DNA of 64,000 nucleotides from Isurus oxyrinchus (lineage: Eukaryota): contig JANJGN010000052.1 in the NCBI GenBank assembly GCA_026770705.1, positions 1,116,001 through 1,180,000 on the forward strand, in the 5' to 3' direction. The position numbers and the translations under genes are program-made. Below the pieces are notes generated by a model that saw only the letters and a program-made list of their open reading frames with translations, was not told where the DNA came from and did not search any database. Shown piece by piece: positions 49,595-62,368 of this stretch (position 1 is the stretch's first letter; each line of letters begins with the position of its first letter).

Positions 49595-49790
49595 NNNNNN
49601 NNNNNNNNNNNNNNNNNNNNNNNNNNNNNNNNNNNNNNNNNNNNNNNNNNNNNNNNNNNNNNNNNNNNNNNNNNNNNNNNNNNNNNNNNNNNNNNNNNNN
49701 NNNNNNNNNNNNNNNNNNNNNNNNNNNNNNNNNNNNNNNNNNNNNNNNNNNNNNNNNNNNNNNNNNNNNNNNNNNNNNNNNNNNNNNNNN
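49595..49790. other. Assembly gap (N run)
   Basis: 196 N. Confidence 1.
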
Positions 49791-51029
49791 ACTGCCTTTG
49801 TTAACTCTGCTTTTGGTCATCTGTCCCTAATATCTCATTTTGTGTCTCAGAGATGGATTTATATCTCTAACAATCCCCTGAGGAGCTCTGGGACAGTTTG
49901 CCTCATTAAGTGTGCTATACAAATGCAAGTTGTTGGAGTATCTTGGACCTGCCTCGATTCAGAATGGAACCATGGATACTCCTTCGACAGGGCGTGTGTG
50001 CAACAGGCTCGCAATAAATGCATTGCACGGCAACAACTAAGCATGTCCCTTGATGCTGATGCATCCCAGTCCTGCTGTGTGGACACATCACAACCGAGGG
50101 ACTGCCTGACTGCGTGCAGCCAACATGGCTGAATAGTAATTAGCAGAAATGTGACGTCACTGAACCTTGTTAACATTTTAGAATGTGCTTTCTGAATTCT
50201 GCAACTAGTTCATTCTGTGATAGATTACAAGAAGCCTTTGCATTTTCTATAATATTACATTTATTGTCACAAGGGATTTAAATGCCCAGAAAACTCTGTA
50301 CAGATATATTTTTATTAAATATCCTACTCTGGGACAACCTCCCTGCTCCAATCTGTTAATTCGTGTCATTGCATTTCCCCACCAAATTATGTAAATTCCT
50401 GTGTCCACATTTATCATGAAAATTTCCCATGTAAACATGTCACACTGTGCTTACACTCTCTTGCCAGTGGTGGTGCTGTAGGTGCACCAAATTCTTTCTC
50501 AGAGACTGCAGCACATCTCCCAGTTGTCTTTACAATATTATTAAGATACAGGGAATGGGGACAATCTTCACACTGTGGTTACAATGTTGTTAAGACAGAG
50601 AGCTGGTGAAACCTCCCCCCCTCCACAGAGTTGAGGGCAGGGTCAGTTCTGGCTGTGAGACCCCCACACTCATCCCACGCCCCCTGTTCATTTCTCCATC
50701 CCCGCTCTAACTTAGCGCTTTTACACATGAAGGGCGGGGCCCACAGGAAAGTGTGGAAGGGCTGCCCATCGCAGCTGGAACAAGGAAACTGGCGGGTCTC
50801 CCAGGATAGAATGGCGGAGTGGGGGAGGGGGAGCAGTGGGGTCAATATCCACAACCTCCCCAACACCCCCATCACTGTCACTACCAAGAGGGAACATCAG
50901 TCTCGAGACAGAGGCCAGACTGTGACCAACTGAGACAAACTGAGCCTGAAACCAGCACCAACCAGTGTCCCAGCAAATAAGGTCAGAGTAGGGGAAATGG
51001 GGAAAAGACAGAAAGGTTCTTAATCTGAA

Positions 51030-51775
51030 TGCACGCAAGAGAGAGTCTAACCAAGCCCCTTGACATTCAATGGCAGCACCATCACTGAATCCCCGAATAT
51101 CAACATCCTGGGGGTTACCATAGGCCAGAGAGTGAACTGGACCTGCCACATAAATGCTATGACAGTTAGAGCAGCTCAGAGGCTGGGAATCCTGCGGTGA
51201 GTAACTCACCTCCTGACTCCTCAAATCCTGTCCATCATCGACACAGCACAAGGCAGGAGTGTGAATGGAATACTCTCCACTTGCCTGGATGAGTGCAGCT
51301 CCAACAACACTCAAGAAGCTCGACACCACCCTGGACAAAGCAGCCCCACATGATTGGCTCCCCCTCAACCACAGCAACACTCACTCCCTCCATCGTCAAT
51401 GCACAGTGGCAGCAGTGTGTCCCATCTACAACATGAACTTCAGCAACTCAGCAAGGTTCCTTCAACAGCACCTTCCAATCCCACAACCTCTACCATTGAG
51501 AAGGACAAGGGCAGCAGGCATAGGGGAACACCACCACCTGGAAGTTCCCCTCCAAGCCACACATCATCCTGATTTTGAAATATATCGCCGTCCCTTCACT
51601 GCCAGTTGGTCAAAATCTTGGACTTCCTTCTCTAACTGCATTGTGGGTGTACCTACACCACATGGACTGCAGAGGGTCAGGAAGGCAGCTCACCACCACC
51701 TTCTCAAGGTAATTAAGGATGGGCCATAAATGCTGGCCTAGCCAGTGATGCCCACTTCCCATGGAAGAATGAATA
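51030..51775 (+). mobile_element. LINE 3' portion (RT C-terminus)
   Basis: INILGV...MEYSPLAWMSAAPTTLKKLDT...KAAHHHLLK and a gaat-repeat tail. Confidence 0.85.
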
Positions 51776-51779
51776 TATA

Positions 51780-54720
51780 AAACATAAAGTTGGAACAAAA
51801 TAAATGAAGTTATAGCACAAATAGAGATTAATGGGTACGATAAGATGGACACTGCAGAGAGTTGGTTGCAAGGTGACCAAGGTTGGAAATTGAAAATTGA
51901 AGGATATTTGGAATCTTTGAAAGGATAGGAAAAATGAAAAGGAGGTGGGATAGCTCCCTTAATAAAAGATGAGACCTGTAAAGTAGTGAGAAATGATCTT
52001 GGCTCAGATGTCAAGATGCACAGTCAGTTTGGGTGAATATAAGAAATTACAAGGGAAAGAAATCTCTGATGGGTTGGTTTACACTCCCCCCTGATAGTAG
52101 TTACACTGCAGGGACAGATTATAAATCAATACATGCGGAGGTTTGTGTGAAAGGCACCACAATAATCATGGGAGTTTTCAATCGTCATACAGATTAGACA
52201 ACTCAAATTAGCAAATGTAGCTTTCAGCAATTGTATTCAGGACAGTATTTTAGAACAATGCAATGTGGAACCAACCAGGGAAGAGGCTGTTTTAGTCCTG
52301 GCAATGTTTAATGAGACAAGACTAATTAACATCTCATTGTAAAGGACCCTCAAGGGAAGAGTAATCATACGGTGTTGAAATTTAATATTCAAATTAGAAA
52401 CTTGGTTCTGAAACTAGTGTCATAAACTTATCTAGAGACAATTACAAGGGTTAAAAGCAGAGTCGGCCCAAGTGGAGTGGGACAGCAGGTTAAAGGGGGG
52501 GTGTGTGTAGATGAGGAGTAATAGGCGTCTAAAGAGATGTTTCATAAATTCCAATGAAGATATTTTCCAGTAAGAAAGAAAGAATCTATAAAAAGGATGG
52601 AGCATCGGCGGCTAACTCAGGAAGCTAAGGATGGTATCCAATTCTGAGATAAAGCCGGCAATGTTGGGATGCTGAGTGATAGGCTGGAGATTGGGAATAT
52701 TTGAGAAACCAGAAAAGTGAGGGGAGAAATATAAGGAGGCAGAAATGTTGATATGAGAGTAAACTAGCAAGAACCATAAACAATGACAGTGAGATGTTGT
52801 ACATTAAAATAAGAGAGAAGCTCCAGTAATAATGGGACATATAGAAAATCAGACTGGGGAATTAATAATGGGAAACAAGGAAATGACAGAGACTTTCAAC
52901 AAGAATTTTGTGTCTGTCTTCACAGTAAAAATCTCTAAAACCATCCCAATAGCAGGAGAAAGTCACGGTGCAACAAGGAGGGAGGAACATAAAACAATCA
53001 CTATCACCAGAGAAAAAGTATTAAGAAAACTAATGAGACAAATGCTGACAAGTCCCATGGAGCAGACGGCCTGAATGTGAGGGTCTGAAAGGAAATGGCT
53101 GCAGAGACGGTGGATGCATTGGTTGTAATCTTCCAGAATTCCTTAGATTATGGGAAGGTCCCAGTGGATTGGAAAAACATAAATAAAACACTTCTGTTCA
53201 ATAAAGGGAGGAGGCAGAAAGCAAGAAACCACAGGTCAGTTAGTCTAATATCTGTCATTGGGAAAATACCAGAATTCATTATGAAGGAGGGAGCAGCGGG
53301 ACATTTAGAAAACCATAATTCAATCAGACAGAGTCAACATGGGTTTGTGAAAGGGATATCATGTTTGAAAAAATAATTAGATTTCCTCGAGGATGTAACA
53401 AGTGGATTGGATAAAGGGGAACCTGTAGATGTGGTGTATTAGGGACTATGACACAGCCAAGGGTAAAGGCTGAGTTGTTCAAATCCCAGAGGGAAATTTG
53501 AAACAACTGTCATAACCCAATTTTGCAATTTGTAATTTCGAGATGAAGACTCTGAATTCAGTAGGAATAAGACCACGGAGTCTTGTGGGGGTTTTTCAAA
53601 ATAAAAAAAAATTATTATTAAAACAAATTTAACACATATGCACAGCTATAAATTATGACTACAATAACTTTTTAACAAATCCCCAAATGAAAAACTCTCA
53701 GATAAATCTCTACTATGGCAATAGTCACCCATAGGCATTATGGAGACACCAGGCAAAGCACATTTGACATAGGAATTCTGAATGAGGTTCCTTTGCAAGT
53801 TGGTTGGAGGCTACAGGCTGGTTCGGTCTGAAATGCTCCTGCCTCACACACACAAACTCCTTCCTTTATATAGCTAGCTTTCCCTTTGAATGTAAATTTT
53901 CCATTGTATCACTCGGTCTTCTGAACTCCACCTCTTCTAACAATAAAACCCCCTTTCATAGCACCAATTTCATAGTAAGTTCAAGAAAAAACACATCTTT
54001 TGGATCCTTCTAACTAGGTGCAAGATTTTACCCCCTGTCTGGAATGGTTTATTCAACAATTGCAAATGAACACTTTACTGTTCTCCTCACAATTCACCCA
54101 ATTAACATCTCAAAACTACTAAACATCAAAACACACAGACCAGCTGGCTTTAATCCAATTAAGACACACCCAGACACACACCTATACATGGACCACCACT
54201 AGAATTCTATTTTAAAATATAATTTCCAAGCACATTTTACACACAAATATCTCTTCATGACATTGCATTTCCGAAAGGCATTCGATAAGGTGCCACATCA
54301 AAGGATACTGCACAGGGTGAAATTGGATGGTGTTGGGGGTGATATATTAATATGGATAGAGGACTGGCTAACTGACAGGAAACAGAGAGCCAGGATAAAT
54401 GGGTGATTTTCAGCTTGGTAAACTGTAACTAGTGGAGAGCCACAGGGATCAGTGCTGAGGCCTCAACTATTCACAATCTACATTAGTGACTTGGATGAAG
54501 GGACTGACAGTACTGTAGGAAGATTTTCTGACTGTGTGGTTAAGATAGGTAGGAAATATATAAACTGAGCAGGAAAGCAAGTTGTGAGGAGGACACAAAG
54601 AGGCTGTAGAGCGAGATAAATAGTTTCAGTGAGTGGATAAAAAAAAGAGTGGATGGAATATAAGGAATGAAAATGCCAGGGTGTCCAGCTGATCCTACTT
54701 GTTCTGTTCTTATATTCTTA
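51780..54720 (+). mobile_element. Decayed CR1-type LINE ORF2 interrupted by an LTR-like insertion (about 53446-54262)
   Basis: Endonuclease (ESWLQ, GGGIA) and RT (QHGFVKG, KAFDKVPH, PQGSVL) motifs, with many stops. Confidence 0.85.
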
Positions 54721-54779
54721 TACAGACACAGGGTTTACTGACAGTGCACAGCAAAGTGCTCTTCTCTCAGTTTGCTCCA

Positions 54780-54919
54780 ACTTCCTCATTTTGACTCACA
54801 GTGACACATCAGCTCTTTCTAATTAAATACACAGATAGATCAGCACAGGAAGAGGTCATTCAGCCCAAACAGAACGTGTGGGCAGTTCCTCCCCAGGCGA
54901 GCAGTCGGACAGGTCCTGG
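54780..54919 (+). promoter_or_regulatory. Gene F putative promoter and non-coding first exon
   Basis: ACTTCCTCATT and TGACTCA; GG/gtaagt donor. Confidence 0.6.
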
Positions 54920-55369
54920 GTAAGTAACGGAACGATTGGAATTCACTTCCACAATCAACACCGTCCTTTGTTGATGTTGTGACTTTATAAAGACAGATTC
55001 CAATGATTGATGCCTTTGAAAGATTTCTACTGATTATTGAGATCTGGGTGTGGGGCTCAAGTCTGTTGTACAGAACATCTTTCTAGCTCAAGGGATGAGA
55101 CAAGTGCAGAGACATGAGATTTGGGATGTCCTGAGCAGGTGAAAGGTGCTATAGAAATGCAAGTCCTTCATTGTTTTTCTTTCTTAAAGCCTAGTAACTC
55201 TCTGCAGAGCACCTATCATCCCGCAGAGTATCAAATTAGTCTGTGATGACATTGTCTAAAAGAAGTTCAGATCTCTCGACAGCTGTCAGACAAGAGGTGA
55301 GGTCTTATTAACTCCTTTCTCTTTCACAGCTTGAGAGTGAGAAGCTAATGGAACATCTGCGAGTGGACA

Positions 55370-55409
55370 ATGATCGGGAAATCTTACTTTCTCCTGTCAT
55401 TTCTCCAAG
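55370..55409 (+). CDS. Gene F leader exon MIGKSYFLLSFLQ
   Basis: ATG, 40 nt, gtaata donor. Confidence 0.82.
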
Positions 55410-56597
55410 GTAATATCATCGTCAGCTCGGACAGATTTATGGTTAATTGTCTTTGTAAAAGATCATTTTTATTGCGCTCTGATTGGGCAGTGATTCTGCA
55501 GTGAGACAGTGTACAAACTCACACCAAGTCCCATTCACCCATCACCCCTGTGCTCACTGATATACACTGACTCCCTGTCTGACAGCAGAATTGGAGGATA
55601 GCAGAAGTCCTGGATGGTTGTAGGGGCTGGAGGAGGTTAGAGGGTTAGGCAGGATTGTAGCAGCTAGATCAGAATCTTAATCTTCAGGTGATGTCGGATG
55701 CTGGTCAGTGAGTCATGGGGAGTGATGGGTTGAGCAGTAAATTAGGAATAAACACTGGGAGATGAAGTCTATCCCGATGCTTGGACTCTGAAAGCAATAA
55801 CCTGAAATGTGTGTCTTTTGCAGATTTTAGACAGAATTTCCCATGAAGACCACACAGCAGCTCCTAGAATAGACAGGCTGTTCAGTGTCACACTTCCTGT
55901 CCATTCTCACCTTGCGAGATACTTCAATAAGGGAGCAAGATAACTGAAAGAGAGAAGGAAGGCAAAGCTGACTGGGTGTAAAACTGTCAAATATTCTGAG
56001 TTATCATAATTGTTTCTGATCTGCTGCAGAGTTTAAATTTCACAGAATCTGAGCACTTTGCAGCTCAGAGAGAGACCATTGACTCACTGCCTGAAAGGGC
56101 GGTGGAAGCAGATTCAACAGGAACTTTCAGAAGGGGAACTGGATAAATACTTGAAGGGAAATTTGCAGGGCTGTGTGAAAGGTGCTGGAGAGGAATTGGG
56201 AAATAGTCAGCACATGCACAATGGATCAAACAAGCTCCTCCTGTGTTATATCATTCAACAATCAGACAATTTAAGAACCTTGTCAGCAAATCTTCAGAAT
56301 CCTGCTGAATCACAGATATTTCAGAAGGACAGGGAAGAAGAGGTTTCTGGTATCAGCATTTCATGTGGGGCCCAGTTCAGTTTGAACAAAAAAAATGACA
56401 ACAGCATCTTTGAAAGTCATGAACCCACCACAACGGCACCTCCGACACATGCAGAGCTCAGGCTAGAGGCACTTTGTTAGTGTGTTTCACAGGGTCTGCT
56501 GGAGTAGGGTCAGTGCTGAGCTTGGGGACAAGTCAGTCTACAATGCTGCATCGGAAGCAACAATACAACAATATGGGCTTTGGATCAGAAATAATCC

Positions 56598-56712
56598 ATT
56601 AGACAATGAGGATCCAAAGAGATTCCTTAGACAATGAGGATCCAAAGAGATTCCTTAGACAATGAGGATCCAAAGAGATTCCTTAGACAATGAGAATCCA
56701 AAGAGATTCCTT
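56598..56712. repeat. 28-bp VNTR (ttagacaatgaggatccaaagagattcc), 4 copies
   Basis: About 3 copies in A (1140-1215), 1 in B and 2 in E (33779-33825). Confidence 0.9.
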
Positions 56713-58897
56713 ATTCCATTGGTTGTCTAACTGGGGTCCATGATTTTCCAAGGGGTCCTTGGCAGAATCAAATTATCGAGCAATAGTGTGTAAAATACCG
56801 GAGAGAACGGGAAAGGTGGGATCAATGGAAAACTGTTCACTCTGTTTACACTAATGGGAGTCAGTCTCAGTAATGGAGACCAGGAAACTATCATCGATTG
56901 TCATACACACCCATCTGGTTCACTAATGGCCTTTAGGGAAGGAAATCTGCCGTCTATATCTGGTCTGGCCTACATGTGACTCCAGACTCATAGCAACGTG
57001 GTTCCTCTGAAATGTCCGAGCAAACCATCCAGTTCTCACCATGCTAGAAACTTCAATAAGGGAGTAAGATAACTGAAAGAGAGAAGGAAGGTAAAGCTGC
57101 TCATGTGGATAGATGTCAAATATCCTGAGTGATCATGATTGTCTCTACTCTGCTACAGAGATTATGTCACGGGACATTAGAGATGGGCAGCAAATGCTGG
57201 CCTTGGCAGCGACGCCCACATCCCATGAATGAATACATTTACAAAATCTTATTACTTGGAAGGTGCAAGTGCAGGTTGTTATGATCCTTGAGCAGACCCT
57301 CTCAGCACTGACCCTACTCCAGCAGACCCTGTGAAACACACTAACAAAGCGCCTCTCGCCTGAGCTCTGCATGTGTCGGAGGTGCCGCTGTGGTGGGTTC
57401 ATGACTTTCAAAGATGGTGTTGTTTATTTGTTCAAACTGAACTGGGCCCCACACAAAACGCTGATACCAGAAACCTCTTGTTCCCTGTCCTTCTGAAATA
57501 TCCGTGACTTCAGCAGGATTCTGAAGAGTTGCTGATGGAGGAACAGACACCCAATTTTTTTTCGTAATTTACAGTTAGGAACCAATAATATTTTGTTTCA
57601 AGTAGACGAGGTTTGAGATTTAAGACGCTTGTGAAGAGAATAAAGCTACAAGATTCCATGGCTTTTAAACAAATAAAAATAAACGTTACTGCACCAGCTC
57701 AGAAAGATAAAATAATTCACAATATCCACCTTATACCCTAACATTCTGGATTAATATGAGCTCATGTGAATTAACAGGCAAACTGTGGTCTCACAGCCAC
57801 ATTACTCATTAAATTGTAAACGCGACCAAGATAGAGCCCATGGATTTCACAACAACCCACCCGGACATCAGTGAACACTGTCAGTCAACCAATCTCACTG
57901 AAACTCTGTTTCTCTCATGAGGGATTCCAATCTTCAACTTCGAAGATCTTGCCTTGGAATTCTCTCCAAAAGTCGCTTCAACTCGGATGGCCTCAGTGAC
58001 GTTCCACCTCACAGGGTTTCCATCTCATCTCCTGAGGCTCCATTGCCCTGGATTCCCGACTATATACTCAAGCACCACTAGGTTTAGATGAAATGTTTTG
58101 ATTGACTGGGTAGACAGAGAATGTTCCCTCTTGTGGGCAGGAGAATAACTAGAGGCCGAGTGATTGGTGATTCCTTAAACATTGAAGAGGGAATGAACAC
58201 CAATCAGATTGAATCACATTAGCCAATCAGCTGTGTTGAAGAGCAGACAAGAATGTTAGGCTAATTAGTGATTCATGACGGTGATAATGGGGGGAGTTCT
58301 GAGGGCTCCTAATCCATTGTCCTGTCTTGTAAATCAGCACTGAATGGATCTCAATTGGTGTGTCTTGTAGACACTGTGTTGGGTGGAAGACTGGCTTCAC
58401 TAAGGGGAAGCGGTAGCAGAGAGGTATTGTCACTGGGCTGGTATTCCAGAGGCCCAGGGTGATGCTCTGGGGCCCTGGGTGTGAATCCTATCACAGCAGA
58501 TGAATGGGATTAAAAAGCCTGGTTCACTGATCACCTATAGGGAAGGAAATCTGCCAGCCTTACCCAGTCTGGCCTACATGTCACTCCAAACCCACAGCAA
58601 TGTGGTTGACTCTTAAATACCTCTGATGGACATGGGATGGGCAATAAATCCCATGAATGAATAATTTGAAAAAAAGCTAAACAGGTTCCTGAGGACCATG
58701 AGCCAATGTAGAATGAACTTGTCCACTCCTGCGTCCAGGATTCTCTTCCATCCATTGTGAAACCTTGGGGAGTTCCTTGTGTGTCCTGTAGATGGTCCAC
58801 ACTGCAGCCAATGTGCCCCAGTGATGGAGGGGGTGGATATCAAGTCTAGTGGATCGAAAAAACATCCAGAGTTAAATATTGATATTTCTCTCCCCAG

Positions 58898-59263
58898 TTG
58901 GACTGTCACAAGAGTGGAAAGGTGACACTCCACGAGAGGTCACAGCGCAGGAAGGTTCCTGTGTACAGATTCCATGTCATTACAGTTATCCATCACATTT
59001 GGAAAACCAACCACGAGTTGGAGTCTGGTTTAATAATGAGGAATGGAGAACATCGTCTATAGCCTTTCACTCCAAGGATCACAGTCACGAGTTACCACGG
59101 TTCCACCATCGGACCCGGCTGTCTGGAGACCTGAAAGATGGTGACTGTTCTCTGATTATAAATAACATCAGACGGGAAGATGCGGGACCTTATTTTTTCA
59201 GAATAGAATTTGACAGCAGGAATAGTTACAGCTACTATCCTGTAACCCAGCTTCACGTTTCTG
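58898..59263 (+). CDS. Gene F V-set Ig exon (Siglec)
   Basis: 366 nt, intact; YFFRIE Arg. Confidence 0.92.
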
Positions 59264-59735
59264 GTAAGTGCTGTGTTATAATTACTCAACAATTCACTTT
59301 CAGCACTCAATGGGAAATAACACAAACTGTGACGTTTACATATTAACACAAAACACAGCTTATTATAACACACTGTCTGATTCTCAATAACCTGGTGATC
59401 GCTTCCAGTTCAGTCCTAAAGCAACCTCTAATACTTACTTTAATATCGATGATGAAAAGCATTAACTGTATTATCAGGTTATCCATTCCCATCAATCTCT
59501 CCTGTCCTGTTTAAAAGTCTCACGTATCGATAAAAGAAAGATGTGCATTTCTGCAGCGCAATTTACCACCTCAGGAGGATCCAAATCCCTTCACAGCCAA
59601 TGAAATTATTCCTGAATTGTGGTCACAGATGTTAAACACAGCAGGCAGTTTGTGCACAGCAAGATCCAACAAACCACAAGGTGATAAATCACCCAGATCA
59701 CTGAGGAAATGAGAAGCCAGTGAACTCAAACCTCT

Positions 59736-59870
59736 GGTCTGATGAAGAGTCATACGGACTCGAAACGTTAACCCTGTCTTCCTCTCCACTGATACTGTCA
59801 GACCTGCTGAGTCTTTCCAGCAATTTTTGTTTTGGTTTCAGATTTCCAGCATCCGCAGTAGTCTGCTTTT
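59736..59870 (+). mobile_element. Penelope-like terminal-repeat remnant with a minimal hammerhead-ribozyme-like core (59736-59773)
   Basis: GGT CTGATGA A GAGTC atacg GACTC GAAAC GTTA ACC. Confidence 0.6.
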
Positions 59871-60122
59871 AACTCCAATCTCTGGTCTGAGCCTCTTCTC
59901 TCATCCAGTGTTCTCAATTCACATGTCTCGGAGTGAACGTGTATTAAGCTGAGAGACAGAAACACTACTGCCAAAGAGCAAGAAAATCTTTCCTGATCAT
60001 TGTAACCTCTCAGTTCTGATATCATCCTTGTAAAAGTGCTTTCTCTTGTGGGACTGTGATTTCTATTTGAACTGATGCTTCACATTATATTTCTCTAAAA
60101 GGATCCATTTTCTGTCTGTTAG

Positions 60123-60419
60123 ATTTCACAGATAAACCCACGATATTCCCTGCTGAAATTATTGCAGGAAAGCGTGTGGATGTAAGCTGCACCTTCAACA
60201 CAACGTGCAATGGAACAGCAGCACCTGTCTTAACCTGGGACACTCCCACTGACGTACGTGGATCAGTCTCAAACACTGTAACTCAGCATGGTGTCACTCT
60301 GACCTATACTTCTGTTCTGACCCTGATCCCATCACTCAAACACCACGGACACACACTCAGCTGCAGAGTGAGATATCCATCTGTTTCATCGGAGCGGACC
60401 CTCATACTAACTGTGCAAG
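60123..60419 (+). CDS. Gene F second Ig (C2-set) exon
   Basis: 297 nt, intact splice sites. Confidence 0.92.
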
Positions 60420-60638
60420 GTAAGAATGGACACCCTTCATTCAACATTAGCTAGAAAGCTCTACATAGTACATTGCAAGATCCCACAACTGCATTGTGTT
60501 TAGCAACAAATCAATAGTCTTTAACTGATACAAATTCACCTCTGACACTGCAGCAGTCCCTGAATACTGATTCTCCAACACTGCAGCACTCCCTCAGTAC
60601 TGAGTCTTGTTCACAATGAAATCTTTAATTGTTCTTAG

Positions 60639-60731
60639 ATGCACCACAGAATCTCTCATTTACTTCGCTTGATATGATTAATGCTTCATCGATCAATATA
60701 ATTGAGGGGTTCATAACCATCACTGTGGAAT
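60639..60731 (+). CDS. Gene F internally deleted third-Ig mini-exon (31 codons, in frame)
   Basis: 93 nt = 282 - 189; deletion between GAGGGG microhomologies; both splice sites kept. Confidence 0.6.
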
Positions 60732-60761
60732 GTGAGTTAATGCAAACTTCAACATCACTCC

Positions 60762-60811
<50 letters not shown>

Positions 60812-61411
60812 CAGAAACATACACAATCTCAACTCACAAAAGCACACACACACACATGCATAGACAGACACACGTGCGCACACACACACAAACACACATG
60901 AGTGCGTGCACACACACAGATCCTTATTTTACAGAAACATACACACACAAGCCAACACACACATACACACACAAAAACATGTGGGTTCCTTCTCCTCTCC
61001 CAGTGCTGCACTGGAGTCTCAGTATCAGCTCCGAATCTGTGCTGAAGGAAGGTAAACTCCAGATCATCAAGACACTGAACTGCATGGAGCAACCTCCTGA
61101 ACAGTGAATTGTAGATTTACCCCTCAGTGCTCCATTGATCAAATACAATTCATTGCCTTTGAAGCCCTTGCGGACATCCTGAGGATCTGAAAGGGAGTTT
61201 CCTGCATTCTAGATGGACACCTCCACTGGTGGGAGAATGTAACTGCAGTGTGACAGTTTACATAGGCAGTGCCCATTGTAAATGTGAAATAAGTTCTTAT
61301 CCTGAGGGAATGTACCTGGAAATGCATTCAGACATCAGATACAGAGACATGATGCATGGAGTCTTACTGTGCACTATATTTGCTCATATTAAAATCTTTC
61401 TATGTTTATAG

Positions 61412-61693
61412 ATGCACCACGGAATCTCTCAATTACTTCTCTTGGTGTGATTAACGCTTTATCGATTGATGTAATTGAGGGGAATTCTGCAGTGATAATC
61501 TGCTCTGTCGAGAGCTTCCCAGCTTCTAACCTGACGTGGCGACATCTTAATGTCCCAATGAACAGAACAAATTCCAACAATGAGCTGTGGTTGGTGATTC
61601 CTCACGTTACATCCAGGGACACTGGAGACTATCAGTGTGTGGCAGAGAATGAACATGGAGCAGTGGAGGGATTCATAACCATCACTGTGGAAC
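61412..61693 (+). CDS. Gene F third-type Ig exon, full copy 1
   Basis: 282 nt, intact. Confidence 0.9.
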
Positions 61694-61719
61694 GTGAGTT
61701 ACTGCAAACTTCAACATCA

Positions 61720-61768
<49 letters not shown>

Positions 61769-62368
61769 ACACACATACTCATAAACATACACACACATTC
61801 ACTCATGCACAGAAATATTCACAAAGACACACTCACATATGCGCAAACACATACACACACGCACACACAGACGCATGCGTGCATACTCACACAAACACAC
61901 TCACATGTGCAGAAACACAAACACAAACACATACACACACATGAGGTCCCTCTCCTCTCTCAGTGCCGCACTGGAGTCTTGGTATCAGCTCTGATTCTGT
62001 GTTGAAGGAAGGTAAACTCCAGATCAGCAAGACCCTGAATTGGATGAGCAACTTCCTGAACAGAGAATTGTAGATTTACTCCTCAGTACTCCATCGATCA
62101 AATACAATTCATTCCCGTAAATCCCTTGGCAAAATCCTGAGGATGTGAAAGTTTCTTTCATTCTAGGTGGACAGCACCTCTACTGGTGGGAGAATGTAAC
62201 TGCAGTTTGACTGTTTACATAGGCAGTGTCCATTATAAATTTGACAGTGGAAGTTATAAGGAGGGAAGGTACCCGGAATTGCATACAGACATCAGTTACA
62301 GAGAGATGATGCATGGAGTCTTGCTGTAAATTGAGCTTGCTCACATTAAACACTTGATTTGTTTTTAG

